64,000 nucleotides of DNA from Coleofasciculus sp. B1-GNL1-01. GTDB lineage: Bacteria; Cyanobacteriota; Cyanobacteriia; Cyanobacteriales; Coleofasciculaceae. The notes under the pieces were generated by a model. That model did no database searches. It saw only the letters and a program-made list of their open reading frames with translations, and had not been told where the DNA came from. Positions within the stretch are counted from its first letter, which is position 1. Each line of letters starts with the position of its first letter. The translations under genes were made by a program, and so were the position numbers. Of this stretch, positions 52,501-60,935 are shown one piece after another. The stretch lies in assembly GCA_040220235.1 (NCBI GenBank), contig JAVJTO010000009.1, one strand, 5' to 3'.

Positions 52501-52850
52501 AGCCGAGGGGAGATCATGCAGAAGCGATCGCGCAGATGGCGTTAGATATGCAAGAAGCGATTACTCAGTTTCAAGCTGAACACAGTGAGTCATTGCAAAT
52601 TCGCATTGGAATTAATACCGGATCAGTGGTGGCGGGGGTGATTGGGATTAGGAAGTTTATCTATGACTTGTGGGGAGATGCGGTGAATGTCGCCTCACGC
52701 ATGGAATCGTCGGGAGAACCGGGAAAAATACAAGTCACAGAGACGACATACCAGAGATTACGGGACAAATTCCAGTTTCAGGAACGAGGTGCGATCGCGG
52801 TGAAAGGGCGCGGCGAAATGACAACCTATTGGCTAATGGGAACGTGTTGA
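49590..52850 (+). CDS. Class III adenylate cyclase (Cache, HAMP, PAS, GAF, PAS)
   Basis: YDPRIRPWY Cache motif; FADIVGFT, KTIGDAYM, YDLWGDAVNVASRMES (Lys/Asp purine-specifying residues indicate ATP). Confidence 0.93.
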   Translation: MLLPTITRQLVKGAKRSQKMPLRVVLVVPFLLQIFVAVGLTGYLSFRNGQQAVDNLVMQLQTEVSDRIVQHVDSYLETPHLVNHVLANAVRRGQVQTQDQPSERYLLQLVQITHSINTIQFGSEQGEYIGAGYTEDSRLVLKVADKSTNYNFHTYKPDNQGNRKQLLDSRTNYDPRIRPWYQEATFQGATVWSPIYVMFSHSRLGITLAEPVFDDKDKLLGVVGTDILLSEISKFLNNLRIGQTGQAFIIEPSGLLVASSTSEQRFIQDGDKTQRLFATHSRDPLIQLTAQYLNQNVDTLNQINQSQQLSFNLNRDRYYLQVTPFQDHRGLEWLIVVAVPEADFMEQIHANTRTTISLCFAAFVVATGLGIFTARWITQPITQLSIAAAKIAQGKFNQQVKVKSKIPVRVHELEILAQSFNQMSQQLYSFFTVLENNQAELESRVEQRTAALRLSEEKFALAFRSSPNPITITTLAEGTFIEVNESFLKITGYDLEDVIAHTSIELNFWVEPQERSRIRSLLQKTGAIRDQEFHFYTKSGQVRTGLLSAELITIGEEECILAVINDITERKQAEQRVELLLTISQAINAAPDFQAALEIALHQVCQTTGWIYGEVWIPATDGMALECSHRWYYKQTGLDPEVITALEQFREYSEALTFLPEEEIPGRVWCHGEPEWISDIATESDDVFLRLKLATDCGLKSAFAVPIVAPAKPQIAAPVLAVLVFFMAEEHQNDENWIELVSVVSAQLGPVMQQKKAEAEMKALFAAMTDMVLVVDASGRCLKVAPTNKGKWCKSPGDILGTTLLEYFDSSQVDFILNSIREALLTQATVNIEYCINLAGEDIWFAANLSPLSDDSVIWVARDITDRKQAEVALRLEQEKSEQLLLNILPELIAERLKQDQSAIAENFDDVTILFADIVGFTPLSARLKPIELVNLLNQMFSTFDQLAERHGLEKIKTIGDAYMVVGGLPQPRGDHAEAIAQMALDMQEAITQFQAEHSESLQIRIGINTGSVVAGVIGIRKFIYDLWGDAVNVASRMESSGEPGKIQVTETTYQRLRDKFQFQERGAIAVKGRGEMTTYWLMGTC

Positions 52851-52943
52851 GTGTTGGTTGACAGTTACAAACCCTTCACGCTTCACGACCTTCGAGGACA
52901 TGATCTGTAGGGGCGGGTTTAGGGACTCTCTTGTCGCCATTGA

Positions 52944-53046
52944 TAAGCTGTTCGGCATTTAAACCATAATGTCAAGAATTGCGAAATCCTTGTAGTGCGA
53001 GCATCTTGCTCGCTACCCATTCCCAATTTAAATGCGTGACAGCTTA
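52944..53046. mobile_element. MITE-like element (38662 family) inserted in a GTAGGGGCGGGTTT...AAACCCGCCC REP doublet
   Basis: Ends TAAGCTGTTCGGCATTTAAA / TTTAAATGCGTGACAGCTTA; an uninterrupted doublet is at 60226-60288. Confidence 0.8.
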
Positions 53047-53215
53047 GTAACGTTTAGAACAAAACCCGCCCTGATTCAGTGTTGAGTTCACTCCCTTCCA
53101 TCTCCCAGACGTGCCATGGCACGTCTCTACATTGCTTCGTGCTTTCTCGCCAAGATCCTGATACCCTGAATTTCAGGGATAAATTGACCATTGCCGATCG
53201 CAGGACACCAAGAGC

Positions 53216-54532
53216 ATGACTAGCAAACCCAAAATTATCGTTTTGGATGATGACCCCACCGGTTCCCAAACCGTTCACAGTTGCTTGCTGCTGACGCGCT
53301 GGGATGTGCAGACGCTGTGCTTAGGACTAGCCGACGCTTCGCCGATTTTCTTTGTCCTGACGAATACGCGGGCGTTAACCCCAGAGGAAGCCGCCACAGT
53401 CACTTGTGAGGTTTGCCATAATCTAAAAATTGCCATAGAAACTGAAGAAATCGACGATTTTCTTGTCGTCAGTCGCTCTGATTCCACCCTACGCGGACAT
53501 TATCCCGTGGAAACCGATGTGATTGCCCAAGAAGTGGGACCCTTCGATGCTCATTTCTTAGTTCCTGCATTCTTTGAAGGCGGACGAGTCACCCGCGATA
53601 GTGTTCATTATTTAATGGTGGATGGCGTTCCCACACCCGTCCATGAAACTGAATTTGCCCGTGATTCGGTATTTGGCTATCGTCACAGCTATTTACCCGA
53701 TTATGTGGAAGAAAAGACTAACGGAAGGATTAAAGCCGAAAACGTTGAGCGATTTGTCCTCTCCGATATTCGCCAAGGAAGTTTAGAACGCCTCCTCAAC
53801 TTAAGTGGGAATCAATGTGGTGTGGTTGATGGGGAAACTCAAGCCGATTTAGATAAATTCGCGGCTGATGTCCTCAGCGCCGCCGCCCAAGGGAAACGGT
53901 TCTTATTTCGCTCGGCTGCCAGTATTTTAACCTCTCTAGCGAATCTGGGCGCTCAACCCGTCCCGCCAGAGAATATGGCACAGTATGTCAGAGAAGGGAA
54001 ACCGGGCGTTGTGTTGGTGGGGTCTCATGTTAAAAAGACCACCCAACAGCTTGAACAACTTCTGAAACTCTCCGATATTGTTGGTGTTGAGGTGGATGTT
54101 AGTCATTTACTTGAAGAGTCAGCATCCCAACGGGATTCACTTTTAGCCAAACTTGTCGCTGCTGTTGACGAGATTCACAACTCGAATAAAACAGCCGCCA
54201 TTTATACCAGTCGTGAGGAATTGGTCTTTAAAGACGTGCAAACTCGGTTAAACTTTGGCGCAGCCGTTTCAGCATTATTAATGGATATTGTTCGAGAGTT
54301 ACCCAAAGATATTGGCTTTTTAATTAGTAAGGGTGGAATTACCTCAAATGATGTCTTAAGTACAGGCTTAGACTTAAGATCTGCCCGGTTACTGGGTCAA
54401 ATTATTCCGGGTTGTTCTGTCGTGCGAACCCCATCAGATCATCCTCAGTTTCCGGATTTACCTGTGGTACTGTTTCCGGGCAATGTCGGAGATGCCAATG
54501 GGTTAGTGACAGTTTATCAGCGTTTTTGCTGA
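53216..54532 (+). CDS. Four-carbon acid sugar kinase family (DUF1537) protein
   Basis: VLDDDPTG, SRSDSTLRGH, KGGITS, FPGNVG. Confidence 0.93.
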   Translation: MTSKPKIIVLDDDPTGSQTVHSCLLLTRWDVQTLCLGLADASPIFFVLTNTRALTPEEAATVTCEVCHNLKIAIETEEIDDFLVVSRSDSTLRGHYPVETDVIAQEVGPFDAHFLVPAFFEGGRVTRDSVHYLMVDGVPTPVHETEFARDSVFGYRHSYLPDYVEEKTNGRIKAENVERFVLSDIRQGSLERLLNLSGNQCGVVDGETQADLDKFAADVLSAAAQGKRFLFRSAASILTSLANLGAQPVPPENMAQYVREGKPGVVLVGSHVKKTTQQLEQLLKLSDIVGVEVDVSHLLEESASQRDSLLAKLVAAVDEIHNSNKTAAIYTSREELVFKDVQTRLNFGAAVSALLMDIVRELPKDIGFLISKGGITSNDVLSTGLDLRSARLLGQIIPGCSVVRTPSDHPQFPDLPVVLFPGNVGDANGLVTVYQRFC

Positions 54533-54947
54533 TCGTCTTATCTCTTATGTAAGGATTTGAGGCTTATTTACAGAAGTTAAGATGGTTGAGTTTATTTCCA
54601 CCAACCTACTTAATGCAGCAAGCCCTATTTGCCGAATACAACGGCAAGATAAAAAGCTAGACGATTGCACGACAACGTTTTCCTATTCCTTTTGACTCCT
54701 TCCCTGTTCCCTAAGTCATAAACCGTCTCCCCTCTCCTTAGAGGCTTGAGACTTTTGCTACAATAGGGTTTAGTTCGAGAATAGAGACGTAGATCACACA
54801 GGAGAACTCATTAGAGTCACGCCGGATAGTGGGTTAAGTTACCTCGAAAGCGGATTAAATTCACCGAAAATTAGGACTATTCTCAATTAATCGTCCAGCC
54901 CAATATCTGAAGATTAACTATGTTGAATTTATCAGGTAAAGCAGGCT

Positions 54948-55463
54948 ATGCAATCCTCTGATCGAAATATCCTTAACCCAAACCAATCCTCAGCGTCAGC
55001 TAGAAAGCAAGAGTTTTTTAAGAAACTAGAACGAATAAGAATGGCACCCCATCGTCTACTGGAGGAGTATGCGGCGGGAGAACGGGATTATCGGGGATTT
55101 AACCTCAGCAACTTAGAGTTAAACGGCGTAGATCTCCAGAGAATTGACTTGAGTCAGGCAAACCTAGAAGGGATTGTCTTAGAAAAAGCCACGTTGACGC
55201 GGGCAAATTTAAGTCGAGCCAACTTATGTGGGGCGAATTTACGCCAAGCAGATTTGATTTGGGCAAATTTACGTTGTGCTAACCTACGAGGGGCAAACCT
55301 GAGAGGAGCCGATTTAAGTGGCGCAGATTTGAGTGGTGCAGATTTGACCGATGCAGATTTCGGGGGAGCCATACTACCTGACGGAACGATTGTTTTAACC
55401 AGTGAACAATCGAGTCTCTTATGTGGTAAGCTGCAAAAATTGCCACTCAAACCATCCAAATAA
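54948..55463 (+). CDS. Pentapeptide-repeat protein
   Basis: YAAGERDY followed by A(N/D)L repeats and LPDG. Confidence 0.88.
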   Translation: MQSSDRNILNPNQSSASARKQEFFKKLERIRMAPHRLLEEYAAGERDYRGFNLSNLELNGVDLQRIDLSQANLEGIVLEKATLTRANLSRANLCGANLRQADLIWANLRCANLRGANLRGADLSGADLSGADLTDADFGGAILPDGTIVLTSEQSSLLCGKLQKLPLKPSK

Positions 55464-55693
55464 TCCCCAAGAGAGAGGCTGAGTAGGACGCGATCGCCCA
55501 CTATAAGATCCATAAGCTGTCATGCATTTAAATGGGTAAAAAACGTTCATACCCCTGCACCGCTATCAGGGAAAATGTATCATTGCTTCCCCTACTCCCC
55601 CTGCTTCCCCTGCTTCCCCTGCTTCCCCTACTCCCCCATCCCTAAAAACATTGTCAGCATACTCTCACTCTAAGCGCGATCGCACACTTAACC

Positions 55694-56614
55694 ATGGCAT
55701 ATCGATTAAAGGCATCCGAATCTATATCTGAGGGAGTTCAGCGCATTGCTTACGAACAGATAGACAAAGCATTAGCCCAATTATTGGGTCAAACGGATGA
55801 TAGCCCAGAAGAGGCGGTTCATGATGCTCGTAAGCGGTTGAAGAAGCTACGAGCATTATTGCGCTTAGTGCGGGATGAAATTGGTTCGGATACTTATCAC
55901 CAAGAAAATACCTGTTTCCGAGATGCGGGGCGCTTGTTATCCGATGTGCGAGATGCTCAGGTGACGATTGAAACCCTAGATGATTTGAGCGAACATTTTG
56001 CCACGATTATCTCAGCCGATGGTTTTAGGGAAGTACGTCAAGCCTTAGAAGCCCGTAGTCAATCCATTAGTGAGCGGGTTCTGGACGAAAAAAATGCCCA
56101 AGAGGACGCCATTGGCATGATTAAAGCAGCGCGGGAACGGGTCAAAGATTGGTCAATTAAAAGCAATGACTGGTCAACGATACAGGAGAGTGTTCAGCGT
56201 GTCTATAAACGAGGGGATAAAGCATTAATAGTAGCCTTTAATCAGCCTAGCGTCGAAAACTTTCACGATTGGCGCAAGCGAGTAAAATATCTGTGGTATC
56301 ACCTACGACTGCTTAAATTAGTATGGTCAAATTTGATGGCAGAAATGGCATCAGAAACGAAACAATTAGCCGATTATTTAGGGGATGACCATGATTTGGC
56401 AATGTTGCGTCAGCTACTGGAGAAGGAACCGGAACTCGCAGGCGATCGCCCTCAACTAGACGCCCTAATTGGCTTAATTGACCGCCGACGACTCCAATTG
56501 CAGCAGTCAGCGTACTGTTTAGGACAGCGCATTTATGCAGAGAAACCGGGAGTGTTTGTCGAGCGGATTGGGGTGTACTGGCAGATTTGGCGATCGGAAC
56601 GTGAGCGATCGTAG
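55694..56614 (+). CDS. CHAD domain (polyphosphate-binding) protein
   Basis: VHDARKRLKKLRALLRL, RDAQV, FHDWRKRVKYLWY, LGDDHD. Confidence 0.92.
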   Translation: MAYRLKASESISEGVQRIAYEQIDKALAQLLGQTDDSPEEAVHDARKRLKKLRALLRLVRDEIGSDTYHQENTCFRDAGRLLSDVRDAQVTIETLDDLSEHFATIISADGFREVRQALEARSQSISERVLDEKNAQEDAIGMIKAARERVKDWSIKSNDWSTIQESVQRVYKRGDKALIVAFNQPSVENFHDWRKRVKYLWYHLRLLKLVWSNLMAEMASETKQLADYLGDDHDLAMLRQLLEKEPELAGDRPQLDALIGLIDRRRLQLQQSAYCLGQRIYAEKPGVFVERIGVYWQIWRSERERS

Positions 56615-56884
56615 TTGCGCTTGTAGTTGCGCTTGTAGTTGCGCTTTAGCGCCATCAACGCATAGCTGAGAGGAACTTGCGTATAAACGACGACCAACCC
56701 TTAAATGTTCAGGTATCAACAGGTAGGGAGAATAGCGGTTCCCCAGTAGAGCGCGATCGCACTTGATATACCTTGATCTGACCCCACCCTAACTCTCCCC
56801 TTATAAAGGGGAGGGAACTCGAACGGCTTACTTTTCTACCTTAAGTTGACACGGATGGAGCGTAAGTCTTCTTGTATTAATCGT

Positions 56885-58069
56885 TTAGCTGAGTTTTTTC
56901 TGTCTTTTTAAATGCTCTCGCTTGAATAAGGCTCCAAATCCTAAAGCCGTAGCTGAACCAAGAAGGGTCAGAGGTTCTGGGACTGGTGTCGGCTCAGACA
57001 AAGGAGTCAGTAAGACATCATGGACTTGATCACCCATCCTACCTATACCTACAATTTGCTCACTATCATTTATATCAAGTGCAATTAACAATTCCCAGCC
57101 GGAGTCAGCAGGAATTAAACTGTTGATATCAATCATCAACCCATTTTCCCAGAGAAAGGGTTTACGTTCATTGAAATCGTTGAAGTTATAGGCATTGCCG
57201 ACGACTTGACCCGCATTGTTAATACCCACAGCTTCGCTTGTAGGAAGGTCATCCAACGTACCCAAATCTATCATCGTGCCGTCTTGCCACAGAAAGGCGT
57301 GGTGGTTGAAAGAACCCTCACCACTAAGCGTTGCAAAGCCAACGACCTGTCCAGATTCATTGATATCCCCAGCGAAGCTGGTTGAACCCCCCAAAGTACC
57401 GAGGTCAAACATCTCGCCATTTTCCCAGAGGAAAGCGCGGTTACTCCCACTGCTTGTTGGTGCATTACCAACTATCTGACTAGAATCGTTAATACTCGAA
57501 GCAAAGCTGGTTGTACCACCCAAAGTACCGAGGTCAATCATCTCACCATTTTCCCAGAGAAAGGCACGTTCTTCTCCGCGCTCATTCTCTGCCCAACCGA
57601 CCACCTGACCAATATTGTTGATGCCGTTTGCTGAGCTATTTGTACCACCAAACGTTCCCAAGTCAGTCATTACGCCGTTTTCCCAGAGAAAAGCATGAGA
57701 GGTATAATTTGGAAAGGGGGAAAAATCTGGCGAGTTAATTTCTGAGTGACCTACTACTTGCCCAAAGTCATTAATGTCAAAGGCTTCGCTATTTGAACCT
57801 TCTAAACTGCCAAGGTCAGTCATCACACCGTTGTCCCACAAAAAGGCACGCAACGGTGCATCAAAAAATCGCAATCCACTTCTGCCAACGATTTGCCCAG
57901 CATTATTAAGTCGGCTTGGAGGGTGAGGAAAATCCTCTCTACCAGAGAGTGTGCCAATATCAGTAACCGTATACAGGGATGCCGCTTCAGCAGATTGGAA
58001 AGCAGTTAATCCTAACACTGTCGCCGTTGCTAGTCCCAACGTGCCAATTTTATGAACGGTAGTCTGCAT
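56885..58069 (-). CDS. HAF-repeat extracellular protein with PEP-CTERM
   Basis: Signal peptide AEA|A, repeated IN..GQVVG...HAFLWENG.M.DLGTLGG, VPEP-TM-KR tail. Confidence 0.92.
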   Translation of the reverse strand: MQTTVHKIGTLGLATATVLGLTAFQSAEAASLYTVTDIGTLSGREDFPHPPSRLNNAGQIVGRSGLRFFDAPLRAFLWDNGVMTDLGSLEGSNSEAFDINDFGQVVGHSEINSPDFSPFPNYTSHAFLWENGVMTDLGTFGGTNSSANGINNIGQVVGWAENERGEERAFLWENGEMIDLGTLGGTTSFASSINDSSQIVGNAPTSSGSNRAFLWENGEMFDLGTLGGSTSFAGDINESGQVVGFATLSGEGSFNHHAFLWQDGTMIDLGTLDDLPTSEAVGINNAGQVVGNAYNFNDFNERKPFLWENGLMIDINSLIPADSGWELLIALDINDSEQIVGIGRMGDQVHDVLLTPLSEPTPVPEPLTLLGSATALGFGALFKREHLKRQKKLS

Positions 58070-58140
58070 TACTTTTTTTGGATGTTCTGAGTTTTAATTA
58101 TTTTGTAAATTTTATCACAGCTTTTACGCCGATGCTACTC

Positions 58141-58428
58141 GCGTGGCACAGCCAAAAAGTGGAACAGACTTTACGGTTTAATCGGGCGCACGTCAGTCAT
58201 TGGTGTCAACTTAAGCTTAAAACGAAAGCAATACCTTGATCTGACCCCACCCTAACTCTCCCCTTATCAAGGGGAGGGAACATTTCCCCCCTTAGCAAGG
58301 GGGGATTAAGGGGGGTTATTTTTAAGGCAGCGAGATTCAAAAGCTCACTTAGCTTACGTTTCCTCTTAAGTTGACACGGATGCACATCAGTGCGCCCCTA
58401 CCCGATCAAATTAGGTGTGTCACGCCAC
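58141..58428. mobile_element. Nested composite repeat (outer GCGTGGCACA/TGTGTCACGC ends, GGGCGCAC REP, GTGTCAACTTAAG MITE, inner palindromes)
   Basis: Inverted repeats at 58203-58215/58365-58377, 58184/58401 and 58141/58425. Confidence 0.75.
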
Positions 58429-58653
58429 GAAAACGGGTTTCGTTTCTCTGGTTTTAAGCAACATTTTGCCGCCATAGTCTCACTTGCTAAATCGTTGGGT
58501 TTCGCAGCCGCTTAACCCAACCTACACTGATAACAACGATAAAATAAAAAAACTCAGAAATTTTTCCAGACTACAGAATCCTGAGTCATCGCCCAAACAT
58601 CTAGCGCTAATTATACGAAAATAGAACTGTAGACCATCCTTTCCCATCTAACC

Positions 58654-60039
58654 TTGAGTCAATCACCATCCCCTTCCCCTAAACCCACCCGAAATCACCA
58701 AGACTACTATATTCACCGCGCTCGTGCCAGTTTGCGGCACACTTTATTCTGGTACAACAACCTACATCACCGTCGCCCCCTTCCCGATGTGGAACTGCAA
58801 GCCGCCCTCCAGAATGAACTAGAGGTGTTGCAGTTTAGCTTAGACAAACTTGACCAAGGCGTAATTCGTATTGCCACCTTTGGTTTAGTCAGTCGCGGGA
58901 AATCGGCTGTCGTTAATGCGTTACTGGGTCAGAAAATCTTGCAAACGGGTCCCTTGCATGGAGTAACCCAGTGGCCCAAGTCGGTACGCTGGACGCCCGG
59001 TGGTGAGGGGAAAGTGCAAGTTGAGTTAATTGATACGCCGGGATTGGATGAAGTTCAGGGAGAAGCACGGGCGCAGATGGCGCAACAGGTGGCGTCTGAG
59101 GCGGATTTAATTTTATTTGTCGTGGCTGGGGATATTACCCGCACAGAGTATCAGGCGTTGTCGGAACTGCGACAAGCCCAAAAGCCTTTGATTCTGGTAT
59201 TTAACAAAATTGATTTGTATCCAGAACAAGATAGAGAGGCGATTTACCAGCAACTGCAAGAACTGGGTACAGGGTCTCCCCGCGATCGCCGTTTAAAAAA
59301 AATGTTATCACCAGAGGAGATTGTTCGAGTCGCCGCAGAACCCTCTCCGATACAAGTGCGGGTAGAGTTACCTGATGGAACCGTCAATTATGAATGGGAA
59401 ACCCTACCCCCTCAAGTGGATGAGTTAAAGCAAGCCATTTTAAGAATACTCAATCGCGAAGGGCGATCGCTCTTGGCACTTAATGCCCTGTTTCAAGCCC
59501 GAACTGCTCAAGTTAGCATTGCCCAGAAAACTGTGGCACAACGTAAGGCAGACGCCGAAGATTTAATCTGGCGCTTTGCTAAGTATAAAGCCCTGGCAGT
59601 GGCGCTGAATCCGATTGGTCTGTTGGATATCTTAGGGGGAACTATAACAGACTTGGCACTGATTCGTTCCTTATCGCGACTCTACGGTTTACCGATGACG
59701 AGTTATGAAGCGGGAAAATTATGGCGCAAAATATTAATTAGTTCCGGGGGTTTACTGTTGGGTGAACTGGGAAGTAGTGCGCTGTTGGGAATGGGCAAAA
59801 GTGCCTCAGCCGTTGCCAGTATTGGCGGAGTAACGGCTTTTGCTGGAACCGCCGTGACTCAAGCCGGGATTGCCGGGTATGGGGCGTATACGGTTGGTCA
59901 TGCGGCGCAAGTGTATCTGGAACAAGGCTGCACTTGGGGATCTTTAGGGGCGAGTACGGTGATTCAAGATATTCTCAGTCAAGTTGAACCGGATATGATT
60001 CTCTATCGCCTGCGACAGGAGTTGGGTCAACATTTATAA
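58654..60039 (+). CDS. GTP-binding protein with C-terminal DUF697
   Basis: GLVSRGKS, DTPG, NKID, then Gly/Ala-rich hydrophobic DUF697 region. Confidence 0.9.
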   Translation: MSQSPSPSPKPTRNHQDYYIHRARASLRHTLFWYNNLHHRRPLPDVELQAALQNELEVLQFSLDKLDQGVIRIATFGLVSRGKSAVVNALLGQKILQTGPLHGVTQWPKSVRWTPGGEGKVQVELIDTPGLDEVQGEARAQMAQQVASEADLILFVVAGDITRTEYQALSELRQAQKPLILVFNKIDLYPEQDREAIYQQLQELGTGSPRDRRLKKMLSPEEIVRVAAEPSPIQVRVELPDGTVNYEWETLPPQVDELKQAILRILNREGRSLLALNALFQARTAQVSIAQKTVAQRKADAEDLIWRFAKYKALAVALNPIGLLDILGGTITDLALIRSLSRLYGLPMTSYEAGKLWRKILISSGGLLLGELGSSALLGMGKSASAVASIGGVTAFAGTAVTQAGIAGYGAYTVGHAAQVYLEQGCTWGSLGASTVIQDILSQVEPDMILYRLRQELGQHL

Positions 60040-60530
60040 TTAGGGTCTGCTGCAGGGAGACTTGTGGTGGGGAGAGGTGTCATAGGGAATAGGCAATGGG
60101 CAATAGTTTCACCCCTCTGTCTTAGGAAGATTCTGCTTACACATGCTCGAAAAATGCCAGGTAGCGTCTTGTGTCATACTCGCTTTCATCGGAGAAGCAA
60201 GCTACGTCATTTTCATTTGTTATTTGTAGGGGCGGGTTTAGCTGTTTCATTTGGCTATCTACCGATAACCTTTCAACAAAACCCGCCCTTCCTATTAAAT
60301 TAAAATGGGAGACTTCACAGTGGTGGGAATTTCAGCAGACATGATATTGCTTTTTGAGAAGGCTTAGTCTACTGGTGTGGCATCCCTAAAATGATGGAAT
60401 AGGTTGTAGGTGGAGTGTAGGTAGGAAACCCAACAAAATCTAGGGCTAAGGTTCCCTACTACGAACCTAATTCTTAACCATCAATTTAGGTGTGTCGCAC
60501 TACTACGTTTCAAAAATTCAGCCGACAACA

Positions 60531-60752
60531 TTAGGGTGTGTTGGCTTCAGCGCGACTCTGCATGGTTTCTTGCAAGTGTTCACCTTTCTCGCGCTGCTGG
60601 GCTGCTGATTCTCGCGTTTGCTGTTGAGTCGGGGTATCAGCAGAGGGAACTTCGACTTCTTCTTCTGCGCGGTTGAGCATGTTTTGTTTCAACTGCTCGT
60701 CGGCGAGACGCTCTTGAGTGGCAAGTTTCCGTGCTTCGTCTTGGGTATTCAT
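60531..60752 (-). CDS. Small acidic helical protein with two IF7-like repeats
   Basis: GGAGA RBS and ATG at 60752; MNTQDEARKL...QNMLNRAEEEV, repeated as TQQQTRE...ETMQSRAEA. Confidence 0.75.
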   Translation of the reverse strand: MNTQDEARKLATQERLADEQLKQNMLNRAEEEVEVPSADTPTQQQTRESAAQQREKGEHLQETMQSRAEANTP

Positions 60753-60935
60753 AATTTTATTCTCCATAGTCTTTACACTGCAATGGTTATCGGCGTTTTT
60801 TGCTTGTTCAGATCAGGTCGGGGTATGATCCGAGAAAAGCATCCGAGCCTATCCTCTTTGGTATCAAGATTTTGGTGTCCAGATCGTCCCCCAAAAGGGA
60901 GAAATTAGGCTGATGATCTAAGGCTAAAGCCCTTA

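Noticed and set aside
54720..54900. Possible ncRNA in the long intergenic region before the pentapeptide gene
   Set aside because: A promoter-like TTGAGA..TACAAT is present, but there is no recognisable RNA family or convincing structure
56612..56646. 12-bp tandem repeat GTAGTTGCGCTT x3
   Set aside because: Simple intergenic tandem repeat without spacers; no functional evidence
60753..60935. Glutamine riboswitch or NtcA site upstream of the IF7-like gene
   Set aside because: No recognisable glnA-motif core or GTA-N8-TAC palindrome seen
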